Position numbers and translations under genes: made by a program
Source of the DNA: Mycobacteriales bacterium
GTDB lineage: Bacteria > Actinomycetota > Actinomycetes > BP-191
DNA length: 50,208 bases
Assembly: GCA_035536955.1 (NCBI GenBank)
Contig: DATLNF010000019.1
Span: 1 to 50,208 of the forward strand
Direction of reading: 5' to 3'
The notes under the pieces: model-generated
What the model was told of the DNA's origin: nothing
Seen by the model: only the letters and a program-made list of their open reading frames with translations
Database searches by the model: none
In this document: piece after piece, positions 1-8,694 of the stretch
Layout: every line of letters begins with the position of its first letter
How positions within the stretch are numbered: position 1 is the first letter of the stretch

Positions 1-180
1 ACACCGCGGCGACTCGTGGTGCAGTTCGCCGATGGGACCGAGCGCTCGGCTCCGGCGCAGCAGGTGGGGCCTGGGGTGTGGGAGTTCGCGCTGGACCTGC
101 CCGCGGACGTCGCGCTGGAGACGATCTCGTTGACCACGACCGCGACGGGCGACCTGGAGATCTACGTCAAGGTGCCGTGA
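1..180 (+). CDS. C-terminal end of an unidentified protein (gene begins upstream of the window)
   Basis: Frame 1 is open from base 1 to TGA at 178-180 and ends ...TGDLEIYVKVP*. Nearly every codon ends in G/C, as in real genes here. It is too short to assign a family. Confidence 0.4.
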   Translation, partial: TPRRLVVQFADGTERSAPAQQVGPGVWEFALDLPADVALETISLTTTATGDLEIYVKVP

Positions 181-259
181 CACCGGCCACGGCGGCCGAG
201 CCGCTCCTCGCCGTACGCTCCCCGGGACGTGACCGCGCAGCACCCCGAGGAGACGCACC

Positions 260-1495
260 GTGGCCGAGCAGCCCCCCACGCCCGTCGGTTTCACGCTCGC
301 GCTCAACGACGAACAGCAGCAGATCCAGAAGTGGGTGCGCGACTTCGCCGCTGACGTCGTGCGCCCTGCTGCCGCGGAGTGGGACGAGCGCGAGGAGACG
401 CCCTGGCCGATCATCCAGGAGGCCGCGAAGGTCGGCCTCTACTCGCTGGAGTTCTTCGGCCAGGCCTGGTTCGACCCGACCGGCCTGCAGATCCCCGTCG
501 TCATGGAGGAGCTCTTCTGGGGTGACGCGGGGATCGGGCTGTCGATCGTCGGCACGACGCTCGCTGCCGTGTCGCTGCTCGCGATCGGCACGCCCGAGCA
601 GCTCGGCGAGTGGGTTCCGCAGATGTTCGGTACGCCGGAGGATGTCAAGGTCGCCGCGCTGTGCGTCTCCGAGCCGGACGCGGGGTCCGACGTCAGCTCC
701 CTGCGCACCCGCGCGGAGTACGACGAGAAGGCCGACGAGTGGGTCCTGAACGGGACGAAGACCTGGGCGACGAACGGCGGCATCGCCAACGTGCACATCG
801 TCGTCGCGTCGGTCGACCCGGAGCTCAAGGCACGCGGGCAGGCGAGCTTCCTGATCCCGCCGGGCACGAAGGGCCTGTCGCAGGGCCAGAAGTTCTCCAA
901 GCACGGCATCCGCGCGAGCCACACCGCGGAGGTTGTGCTCGACAACGTCCGCGTCCCCGGCCGCTGCCTGCTGGGCGGCAAGGAGAAGCTGGACGAGCGG
1001 CTCGCCCGCGCCCGCGAAGGCGTGTCCTCGCGCGGCCAGGGAGCGATGAAGACGTTCGAGACGTCGCGGCCGGCCGTCGGCGCGCAGGCCGTAGGCGTGG
1101 CGCGGGCGGCGTACGAGTACTCGCTGGAGTACGCCAAGACCCGGGTCCAGTTCGGCCGGCCGATCATCGCCAACCAGGGCGTCGCGTTCACGATCGCCGA
1201 CATGAAGACGCGCATCGACGCGGCCCGCCTGCTCGTCTGGCGGGCCGCCTGGATGGGCCGCAACGACATCCCGTTCACGGCCGGCGAGGGGTCGATGTCC
1301 AAGCTGTATGCCGGCGAGACAGCGGTCTGGGTCACCCAGCAGGCGATCCAGATCCTCGGCGGCAACGGCTACACCCGCGAGTACCCCGTGTCGCGCTGGC
1401 ACCGCGACGCCGCAATTTACACGATCTTCGAGGGAACCTCGGAGATCCAACGACTCGTCATCAGCCGCGCCGTGTCCGGCGTGGCCATCCCTTGA
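260..1495 (+). CDS. acyl-CoA dehydrogenase family protein
   Basis: 411 aa with a GTG start just after GAGGAG. The architecture is ACAD-like along the full length, including CVSEPDAGSDV and the C-terminal GGNGYTREYPVSRWHRDAAIYTIFEGTSEIQ motif with the catalytic Glu. Confidence 0.93.
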   Translation: MAEQPPTPVGFTLALNDEQQQIQKWVRDFAADVVRPAAAEWDEREETPWPIIQEAAKVGLYSLEFFGQAWFDPTGLQIPVVMEELFWGDAGIGLSIVGTTLAAVSLLAIGTPEQLGEWVPQMFGTPEDVKVAALCVSEPDAGSDVSSLRTRAEYDEKADEWVLNGTKTWATNGGIANVHIVVASVDPELKARGQASFLIPPGTKGLSQGQKFSKHGIRASHTAEVVLDNVRVPGRCLLGGKEKLDERLARAREGVSSRGQGAMKTFETSRPAVGAQAVGVARAAYEYSLEYAKTRVQFGRPIIANQGVAFTIADMKTRIDAARLLVWRAAWMGRNDIPFTAGEGSMSKLYAGETAVWVTQQAIQILGGNGYTREYPVSRWHRDAAIYTIFEGTSEIQRLVISRAVSGVAIP

Positions 1496-1518
1496 TCCCG
1501 CAGAGGAGAGCTCGAACC

Positions 1519-2418
1519 ATGCGACGTACCCGACCCCTCGGTGCACTCATCCTGGCGGTGGTGCTGCCCCTGGCGGGAGCCTGCAGCGACGGCGCGGACA
1601 ACCCGAGCGCGGTCACGACCAGCACGGCACCTTCGGCTTCGGCGAGTCCCACCCCGACCGTCCCGGAGCTCGCGATCACCGGGGTCGACTACGCGTTCCA
1701 GGTCACCGGTACGGCGACCGCCGGCATGACGAAGATCTCGTTCACCAATGCCGGCAAGGAAGAGCACATGACGGGCATGGGCAAGCTCGTCGCCGGCAAG
1801 ACGCTCGCCGATGTCCAGACCGCGCTGAAGTCCGGCGAGGAGTCGGCGTTCGGGGCCGTCTTCGACGAGAAGGAAGGCGACAAGGACGCACCCCAGCTGC
1901 TCAGTCCCGGGTACTCAGCGGCGACGTACACGACGCTGAGCGAGGGGACGTATGCGCTGATCTGCTTCATCCCCGCTCCGGACGGCAAGTCGCACTACGA
2001 GAAGGGGATGCTGTCCGAGATCAAGGTGACGGCGGCCACGAGCGCCACGGCAGTGCCCCCGACCCCAGCGTTCGAGCTGTCCTTCAAGGACGGGAAGCTC
2101 GACGGTCCCGAGACGCTGCCGGCCGGGAAGACCGTCTTCAACGTCACGACCGACGCGAACCACGAGCTGATCGGCGTCGTCGGGCTCGGCGGGAAGACGC
2201 CCGATGAGGGTTTGGCGTACATCGAGGCGAAGTTCGAGGGCAAGCCGCCCACGGGTCCGGCACAAGGCGCGGTCGTGCTGCAGCTGCACGACTTCGAGCC
2301 CAACGAGCAGATCGTCGTGGAGATGGACCTGCCACCGGGGCCGGTGATGTTCGTCTGCCAGCTGGAGAACGACGGCACGCCCAAGCACACCGAGAAGCTG
2401 ACCATCACGGTCACCTGA
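1519..2418 (+). CDS. lipoprotein with two tandem cupredoxin-like domains
   Basis: The ATG is preceded by GAGGAG. The signal peptide has the lipobox LPLAGAC. There is an internal duplication in which each half keeps H...C-x9-H-x3/4-(M/L): EEH..LICFIPAPDGKSHYEKGM and NHE..FVCQLENDGTPKHTEKL. Confidence 0.8.
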   Translation: MRRTRPLGALILAVVLPLAGACSDGADNPSAVTTSTAPSASASPTPTVPELAITGVDYAFQVTGTATAGMTKISFTNAGKEEHMTGMGKLVAGKTLADVQTALKSGEESAFGAVFDEKEGDKDAPQLLSPGYSAATYTTLSEGTYALICFIPAPDGKSHYEKGMLSEIKVTAATSATAVPPTPAFELSFKDGKLDGPETLPAGKTVFNVTTDANHELIGVVGLGGKTPDEGLAYIEAKFEGKPPTGPAQGAVVLQLHDFEPNEQIVVEMDLPPGPVMFVCQLENDGTPKHTEKLTITVT

Positions 2419-3490
2419 TGCGCGGGCGGTACGGCGGGTGCGCCGGCTCGCCGACGTACACCTTCAGCACCTGCCAGTGCTCCGGCTTCTCGTCGTAGAA
2501 GTTCGAGTTGGCGAGCAGCAACGAGTCGCCCAGAAAGCGGATCCCGATCGGTACGTCGAACAGGGGAGAGGAGATGCGCTTCGCGGTGCGGTCGGCGAGG
2601 TTCACGACCCCGAGCTCGTTGCTTCCAGTGAGGGTGATGTAGACGCGCCCGGACCGCCCGATCACGAGGTCGCTGGCGCCGGCCATCGGCAGCGATCGCG
2701 CGTCCGACGTCATCGCGTGCTCGAACTCGTAGACCCTGTCGAGCTGGTCCGGTCCGGGGGATGCGGCCGTGATCGGAAGCCGGAACAGGGCACTCTTGCC
2801 GAGCCGGTCCGGTGCGGAGCTGGCGAGAAGCATGACGTAGAGCATTCCGTCCGGCCCGACGCCGATCCCGTTGATTCCCGAGATCGGCATCGAGGCGAAC
2901 TCGACGGACTTGAACCAGACCTCGGGCATCCCGTTCGGCGGAATCCGCCAGATCCCGCCGAGGCTCGCGTCCGTCACGTAGAGGTTGCCGTTGCGGTCGA
3001 AGGCGAGGTCGTGCCACATCGACGCGGGCCAGCCGAGCGTCATGTAGGGCTCCGGGACCATCGCGTAGACCTCGGGCGTCGCCGACCCCGGCGAGAACCG
3101 GAGGATGCGGCTGTTCATGTCCACGACGTAGAGCCGGCCGTAGCCGTCCTCGGCCATCCCGTGCAGCCCCATGGTCGGCATCGTCGGGATCGGCAAGGTC
3201 GCGATTGGCTCGCCGCCGGAGCGCCGGTACTTGAAGACGGCCTCCGGGCCGGTGTTCGGGTGGAACGGGCGGCCGGCACCGGTCGCGACGTACACGCTGT
3301 CCTTCGTCGCGAGCACGCCGTACGGGTGACCCGGCGCCGGCACGGTCGCGAAGACGGTGGTCGTGCCGAACGCGGGCTTGGTGGCTGCCGATGACGACAG
3401 CGGTGCGACGAGGATGACGGCGATCGCGGCAGCGACCGCTCGACGCGTTGTCGCGCAGCGCAAGGAGATGACGGGCGGTCGGTGCCTCAT
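2411..3490 (-). CDS. secreted SMP-30/gluconolactonase/LRE-like (SGL) beta-propeller protein
   Basis: I chose the internal ATG at 3490 (MRHRPPV...) because GGGGGAG lies about 6 nt upstream and a signal peptide follows. Repeated blade motifs are present (GRLYVVD, GNLYVTD, GMLYV, GRVYIT). The longest ORF reaches 3562. Confidence 0.8.
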   Translation of the reverse strand: MRHRPPVISLRCATTRRAVAAAIAVILVAPLSSSAATKPAFGTTTVFATVPAPGHPYGVLATKDSVYVATGAGRPFHPNTGPEAVFKYRRSGGEPIATLPIPTMPTMGLHGMAEDGYGRLYVVDMNSRILRFSPGSATPEVYAMVPEPYMTLGWPASMWHDLAFDRNGNLYVTDASLGGIWRIPPNGMPEVWFKSVEFASMPISGINGIGVGPDGMLYVMLLASSAPDRLGKSALFRLPITAASPGPDQLDRVYEFEHAMTSDARSLPMAGASDLVIGRSGRVYITLTGSNELGVVNLADRTAKRISSPLFDVPIGIRFLGDSLLLANSNFYDEKPEHWQVLKVYVGEPAHPPYRPRIR

Positions 3491-3607
3491 TGCGGTCTCC
3501 CCCACGACGTGGACATGACGCTCCACCCGGGCGTCGTGAGGCTCATCGCTGCGCGGGGGCACACTCCGTCGGTAGACCCGGAAAATGATGCCCGGAGAGG
3601 TGAACGG

Positions 3608-4165
3608 TCAGCCGCGGCTGCCCACGCGGTACTCGCGGCCTTGGTCGGTCGAGTCTGCGCGGTAGTACGACGGCATCCCGCTCGCGACGTACACGGCGGC
3701 GTAGCTGGTGACGAACGGCTCGGACAGCATGGTCCCCGGCCGGTACCGCCGCCCGAGCGGCACCCGGAGGATGAGCGACGAGCCCTCGAGGCGGCCGGTC
3801 GCGGGATAGCCCAGCTTGACCTCGTCGCCCGCCTTGCACTGCCAGCCCATCTGCGCCCGGTCCTCACCCGGGTAGAACACCGAGCGCGTGTAGATGACGT
3901 CGGTGCGCGCACAGCCGGGCGACCGCCAGCTCACCGCCCAGTAGTGGCCGACGTCGGGGTTGGGTGGCCCCGCCAGCTCGACCCGCATCTGCAGCTCGGC
4001 GTTGGCGCCGGTCCCGACGGTCGAGAAGGTCATCGACAAGATGTCGTGCGAGGCCAACACCGCGTCACCCTTGGCGTCCTCCACATGCGGCCGTGGGGCC
4101 GCTGCTGCGGTCGATGCGACCGCCACCATCGCCAGCATCGCCGCCGCCACCGCTCGTCGTCGCAT
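3608..4165 (-). CDS. secreted hypothetical protein
   Basis: 185 aa. The ATG has AAGGGGG upstream. The N-terminus MRRRAVAAAMLAMVAVASTAAAAP is signal-peptide-like. Third positions are G/C-rich. No family recognised. Confidence 0.65.
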   Translation of the reverse strand: MRRRAVAAAMLAMVAVASTAAAAPRPHVEDAKGDAVLASHDILSMTFSTVGTGANAELQMRVELAGPPNPDVGHYWAVSWRSPGCARTDVIYTRSVFYPGEDRAQMGWQCKAGDEVKLGYPATGRLEGSSLILRVPLGRRYRPGTMLSEPFVTSYAAVYVASGMPSYYRADSTDQGREYRVGSRG

Positions 4166-4263
4166 GAGGGACCCCCTTGGTCTGGTCTCCCAGTCCTACG
4201 CCTCGCGTCGCAGGTTGGCTGTCACGCAGCCGACACTCGCCGCGCCCGGACAGCACGACGGCG

Positions 4264-5220
4264 TCAGAACTCGCCTTTCGGGGTTCGCGCTGGTGACGCC
4301 AGCCGAGCCCGGCGCAGGTAGACGCGGCGCTGCACGAGCATTCGGGCAACGCCGCCGGCCACGATGGCGACGAGGTTCAGCACCAGCTGCAGCACGGCAC
4401 CGCGGACCTCGCCCCACTGGGAGTAGGCACCCGCGACGCCGATGTTTGCCGCTGCCGGGATGGTCGTCACGGAGATCAGCACCCCGACGAGCGCACCGGA
4501 CTTCGCTGAGGTCAAGGACAGGATCCCGGCGGTGCCGGCCATGTAGGCAACCAGGAATGAGAAGAGGTCTGGGTTGCTGATGAACAGCGTGAGCGGGTGC
4601 TCCGGGAAGACCTGAGGCGCAACTCCCACGGCACGGAAGACCGCCGTCGCGGCGTACACCACGGGGATCACCGCGCCGAAGCCCGCGGCCAGTGCCACCG
4701 CTGAGCGCCGAGCAAGGCCGGCCCGCTTCTGCACCAGTGCGACACACAGCGCCGCCAACGGTCCGAACTCGGGCCCGACGACCATCGCCCCCACGATCAA
4801 GATCGGCGAGTCGAGCAGGATGCCGATCGCCGCGAGCATTCCCGCGATCAGCATGAACTCCACGAAGTTGACCGACAGCGCGGTCTCCTCGGACGTGCGT
4901 GCTTCGACGTCCTCCCACACCACCTGGTCACCGAAGGCCAAGTCGGGCGCCGCTCGCTCCGCCCGATCAGCGGCTGCGGACAGAACGGTGGGTGCCTCCT
5001 CGATGGTGATCGAGCCGGACTCAGCCAACCCGAGCGCCGTGAGTTCGGCCACGAGCACGCTGGCCTGCTCCCGGGCCACATCGCACAGGATGAGGTCGCC
5101 TGCCGGCTTCGTGGCGGCCCCCCGCAGGTGCACGACACTGCTCACTGCCTCGGATCGCGTCAGGCACGCCACGGCCGGGGCAGCGAGCTCCGGTGGAGCG
5201 ACGACGCGCAGGTGGATCAC
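4264..5220 (-). CDS. DUF389 domain-containing membrane protein
   Basis: 318 aa. A soluble N-terminal domain (MIHLRVVAP...LILCDV) is followed by several TM helices (FMLIAGMLAAIGILLDSPILIVGAMVVGPEFGPL), which is typical of the DUF389/TIGR00341 family. Confidence 0.85.
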   Translation of the reverse strand: MIHLRVVAPPELAAPAVACLTRSEAVSSVVHLRGAATKPAGDLILCDVAREQASVLVAELTALGLAESGSITIEEAPTVLSAAADRAERAAPDLAFGDQVVWEDVEARTSEETALSVNFVEFMLIAGMLAAIGILLDSPILIVGAMVVGPEFGPLAALCVALVQKRAGLARRSAVALAAGFGAVIPVVYAATAVFRAVGVAPQVFPEHPLTLFISNPDLFSFLVAYMAGTAGILSLTSAKSGALVGVLISVTTIPAAANIGVAGAYSQWGEVRGAVLQLVLNLVAIVAGGVARMLVQRRVYLRRARLASPARTPKGEF

Positions 5221-5534
5221 GGCTGAACCCTTCGCTGCAGCTCGACGCGGATGGTCTCCGATCAGGACGGGCCACGCGATCTTCTCGCCACCCGCTCACG
5301 GCGCGCGAGGGGCCGCTCTGGCCGGAGTGGCAGGTGCCACCACGACAGGGGCGGGAGCGCCAGCCGCTGCGTCGTTGATCTGTGCGGAGAAGTACGTGGA
5401 GGGCGTGTCACCCAGGCGGCACCCCGCCGCAGCGGCAGAGTTGTTGTCCATCAGCCGCGTGACACAGCTGGCTTGGGGGCGCGCGGTCGTCAATGGGAGT
5501 TCGAGATACTGCCGGGCGGTCCTAGGCTGAGCTC

Positions 5535-6275
5535 ATGTCAGCCCCGCGCGCTAAGACACGCTCTGGCTCACGGCTGGTCAGCGTGGCAGTGCTCGTCACT
5601 GCAGCTCTCCGACTGACGCCGTTGCCGGCGCTGGCTCAGTCGGGCGACGTCGAGGTGGCTGACAATGAGTACACGCCTACGGAGATCACGCGTGATGTCG
5701 GTGCCACAGTCACCTGGGTTTGGGTTGGCTCCAATCCGCACAACGTAACTTCCAGCGACGGCCGGTTTCCGGCCTCCGGGCCGACGCAAGGCAAGGGGAG
5801 CAGGCACAGCGCGCGGTTCACGCAGCCAGGCACCTACTCCTATCTCTGCACCATCCACCCCGCCACGATGCGCGGCACCGTCGTGATTCGACAGCGGCAG
5901 CCGTCGCCAGCGGCCCCGTCACCGACTAGAGCCTCGCCGCGTTCCGCACCCTCACCAACGCGCGCGAGCGCTCGGCCGACAGCCACGGCCTCGCCGTCGG
6001 GGCTGAACCCGGCGTCAGCCCGACCGGAAACCTCTTCGCGTGAGCCGTCACCAACCAAGGTCGAGGACATCGCTGCCCAGTCCTCGGCGCCAACAGTGTT
6101 CACGTCCTCGGTGACTGGGCCGTCACCCAGCAGCGGGCCGCTCGCATCTTTGGACGAGGCACTGCCGAAGAGCAACAGCAGGCTGACGATCGGTCTCGTT
6201 CTCCTGGTCGCCGCGATGGGCGTCGGCACCGCTGGCGCACTGCTGCTACGGCGTAGCCGCACCCGGCTGATCTAG
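5535..6275 (+). CDS. plastocyanin/azurin-family blue copper protein with Pro/Ser-rich linker and C-terminal membrane anchor
   Basis: Signal peptide. Type-1 Cu ligand pattern NPHNV ... YLCTIHPATM (H, C-x2-H-x3-M). A long PS-rich spacer is followed by a hydrophobic helix and an RRSRTR tail. Confidence 0.85.
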   Translation: MSAPRAKTRSGSRLVSVAVLVTAALRLTPLPALAQSGDVEVADNEYTPTEITRDVGATVTWVWVGSNPHNVTSSDGRFPASGPTQGKGSRHSARFTQPGTYSYLCTIHPATMRGTVVIRQRQPSPAAPSPTRASPRSAPSPTRASARPTATASPSGLNPASARPETSSREPSPTKVEDIAAQSSAPTVFTSSVTGPSPSSGPLASLDEALPKSNSRLTIGLVLLVAAMGVGTAGALLLRRSRTRLI

Positions 6276-6648
6276 TTGTCCTGACCACAGACCGAACCGA
6301 CGGCGAGCAGGTGGGACGAGTCGGCGCGTTTCGCAGGTCAGCGTTGGTGGCTTGCTCTCCCTCGATCTCGGCGCCGGCTCTCCGATGGAGATGCCCATGG
6401 GGAGGCTCGCGAACAGCAGGGCGGCCATCATGAGCATGGCTGAGTACGCCGCCGCCGCCGCCGCCAGGATCACGCGGCTCTGCGCCTCTGAGGGCAGCCG
6501 CCGCGGCAGCTGCGAGACGAAGGCGACGAACTACTCGAGCCCCACTCCTGGGCACCTTTTCGGGGTTGTCCGTCAAAGAGGGGTAGCAATACCCTGGCGG
6601 GTGCCCCATAGAGCCGTTCGTCCGGGGGGAGCCGTGGACACGCACTCG

Positions 6649-7113
6649 ATGCGACGGTCAGGTCGAACGCTGAGCGCGGCGGTGGGCGCTGTTCTGCTCA
6701 TCGGCGTGATGCCTGCTCAGGCGGGGCAGGTCAGCAGCCCGGTGACTATCACGTTCTCCTACAACGTAGACGTGCCCTTCGTCGGCAACCGTCCCGAGAG
6801 CCAAGTCAGCTGCTCGCTCACGCTGCCCCGGCGTTCGAATGGCATCGACGTCATTCAGGCTGCCGTCGACCAAGACTGCATCAACTCTTTCAGCACCGAA
6901 CGTGACGACGGGCGCGAGATGCTCCATTGCATTGACCACATGTGCGCGCGCGCGACCAACTCGCCAGGGTTAGTTCCTGACACACGTTGGGATGTGGACT
7001 GGACCGGCGAGAAGGGTGTCTTCTCGCGATCGGATTACTCGCGACGAGGTCTCAAGGCGTACTCCGCGTCGGACGGAGACTCGTTCGAGTGCGACCTTTT
7101 CCTGGTCAACTAG
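6649..7113 (+). CDS. secreted Cys-containing hypothetical protein
   Basis: I chose the internal ATG (MRRSGRTLSAAVGAVLLIGVMPAQA) because of the signal peptide. 154 aa with 5 Cys. The RBS is weak. The upstream part of the long ORF (6352-) looks non-coding. Confidence 0.6.
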   Translation: MRRSGRTLSAAVGAVLLIGVMPAQAGQVSSPVTITFSYNVDVPFVGNRPESQVSCSLTLPRRSNGIDVIQAAVDQDCINSFSTERDDGREMLHCIDHMCARATNSPGLVPDTRWDVDWTGEKGVFSRSDYSRRGLKAYSASDGDSFECDLFLVN

Positions 7114-7289
7114 GGCTCACAACTGCCACTCCAGTGCGCGCCTAGCACTCATCACGAGTACCGCGGGCGAACTTGTCACGGAACCGAACACGGCCGGGAG
7201 GACAAGGGCCAACGGGCGCGGCGCCGACGCCTGGCCGAAAGGTAGTCACGGATCTCTGGGAGTTCGGGGAACCGGGGAGGGGAGGTTCC

Positions 7290-8435
7290 ATGAAGACTGG
7301 AGTGTTGGTCGTCGCCAGCGCGATGCTCGCAACTTCGATCCCCGCTGTCGGGCACGGTGAAGAGCCGCGCCGTATGCACCACGCCAGGATCCTGGCCTCG
7401 GTACCGGCGGGCGACCGCGGCTACATCGAAGGCATTGCGTACGACGGGACAGACGTCTACGCCGGAACGGGATTCGGATCGACGGGAACCGGCGCGCCGC
7501 TGACGAATCGCGGGGAGGCTTCGCGGATCTTCTCATGGAACCGCGTGACCGGTGTGCCCACAGGAACGATCGTCCTCGGCGGGGAGGACACCAGCGTCGA
7601 GCACGGCATCACCGGAATCAAATTCGATGCCCAGGGCCGGCTCTATGCGCTTTCGAACCAACTCGGGCTGGTCCGTTTCACCCGCAACCGAGACAAGAAG
7701 TGGCATCAAGAGAACCTCGTCCAGCTGCCCGATCTCGCTCCTTGTGCGGTGAGCACAGCGCCGTGTTCACCGACCCTGACCGACCGCCGCGGCCTCGGCA
7801 ACGACCTGACCTGGGGCCCCGACGGGCGTCTGTACATCAGCGATTCGTTCCAGTCGACCATCTGGAAGGTGACCCTCGGTAAGGCCCGGCCCACGATCGA
7901 GCCGTGGTTCCAGTCCGCAGCTTTCGATCGGGTGTTCGGCGCGAACGGACTGCGCGTGGGGCCCGGCGGCAGGTTCATGGCCGTGGCGATTACCGGACCC
8001 GACACCGCCACCGTCGGTCCGATCGACCGCGCCTCTCGCGTGATCGCCGTGCCCTTCCCTGACCCGTCCGCTGGCAAGGTCACTGATCTGCTCGTGCTGC
8101 CGAACGATGCAACCACCGACGGCCTTGCCTACGGAGCAAGGGGGGATCTCTACGTATTGAGCAACAACGCCAACAGGATCTACATCCGACGGTCCAGTGG
8201 TGCGGTCGAGGTGGTCACGAACGACGACCTCACCGGCGGCGGGAAGATGGACTTCCCAGCGAGCCTGGCGTTCGATCGCAAGGGTGCGCTACTGATCTGC
8301 AACTACGCCTGGTTCGATGGACAGACCCCCCTGGGTAGCCGCTCCGTGATCGATGTGTGGGTGAACGACGTGGGACTTGCGGAGCCTCCGACTGTGCGTG
8401 CTCAGCGAGGAAGAACAAAGGGCGCCTCGTTGTAG
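7290..8435 (+). CDS. secreted SGL-type beta-propeller protein (distant paralogue of 2411-3490)
   Basis: The ATG at 7290 follows GGGGAGGGGAGG. It has a signal peptide and blade motifs (GRLYALS, GRLYISD, GDLYVLS, GALLICN). The last 13 codons are duplicated at 9534-9571. Confidence 0.8.
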   Translation: MKTGVLVVASAMLATSIPAVGHGEEPRRMHHARILASVPAGDRGYIEGIAYDGTDVYAGTGFGSTGTGAPLTNRGEASRIFSWNRVTGVPTGTIVLGGEDTSVEHGITGIKFDAQGRLYALSNQLGLVRFTRNRDKKWHQENLVQLPDLAPCAVSTAPCSPTLTDRRGLGNDLTWGPDGRLYISDSFQSTIWKVTLGKARPTIEPWFQSAAFDRVFGANGLRVGPGGRFMAVAITGPDTATVGPIDRASRVIAVPFPDPSAGKVTDLLVLPNDATTDGLAYGARGDLYVLSNNANRIYIRRSSGAVEVVTNDDLTGGGKMDFPASLAFDRKGALLICNYAWFDGQTPLGSRSVIDVWVNDVGLAEPPTVRAQRGRTKGASL

Positions 8436-8468
8436 GCCAGCGCCTCTCTTTGTGGCGATCGGGTGTCC

Positions 8469-8588
8469 TACTCCCACTCGATGGTGCCGGGAGGCTTGCT
8501 GGTGATGTCCAGCGTCACCCGGTTGACCTCGCGGACCTCGTTGGTGATCCGCGTCGAGATCGTCGCGAGCACGTCGTACGGAACGCGC
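8469..8588 (-). pseudogene. orphan fragment of the guaA 3' end (last ~39 codons)
   Basis: This 120 bp matches 10183-10302 with 3 mismatches by my manual alignment. It translates to ...[38 protein letters not shown], and no upstream GMP synthase body is attached. Confidence 0.88.
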
Positions 8589-8694
8589 AGATCACGTCGG
8601 CCGGCAGCACGACCAGAGCCGCCAGATGTCTCGGTCCGTACCCGCCGAGACAGTCGCCCGCGAGACCGGCTCGGTCCCGCGGGCGTCGTACCGA

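Noticed and set aside
167-1546. Long antisense or alternative-frame ORFs throughout the window, for example 167-1546(-), 11907-13979(-), 20494-22383(+), 30343-32811(-), 32737-34563(+), 35746-37920(+) and 43802-44977(-).
   Set aside because: They lie opposite or out of frame to genes with clear family signatures. They translate to Arg/Pro/Gly/Ala-rich low-complexity strings with no motifs. Such ORFs are the expected stop-codon-poor artefact of ~70% GC DNA.
5296-5451. A possible 51-aa small protein or peptide (MDNNSAAAAGCRLGDTPSTYFSAQINDAAAGAPAP...) upstream of the DUF389 gene.
   Set aside because: By my count, third-position G/C is only about 75%. There is no convincing RBS and no recognisable leader/core architecture, so the evidence is insufficient to call it.
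6246-6473. A minus-strand ORF with a hydrophobic N-terminus (ILAAAAAAYSAMLMMAALLFASLPMG).
   Set aside because: Only the first ~30 codons look coding. It overlaps the cupredoxin gene end, and the rest is low-bias. It may be a decayed membrane-protein fragment but is not supportable as a gene.
7150-7175. CTCATCACGAG, identical to the first 11 nt of the SAM-I riboswitch found at 24136.
   Set aside because: The following sequence lacks the GAGGGA, GGCCC, CCCGGCAACC and GGTGCCAA core. The match is by chance.
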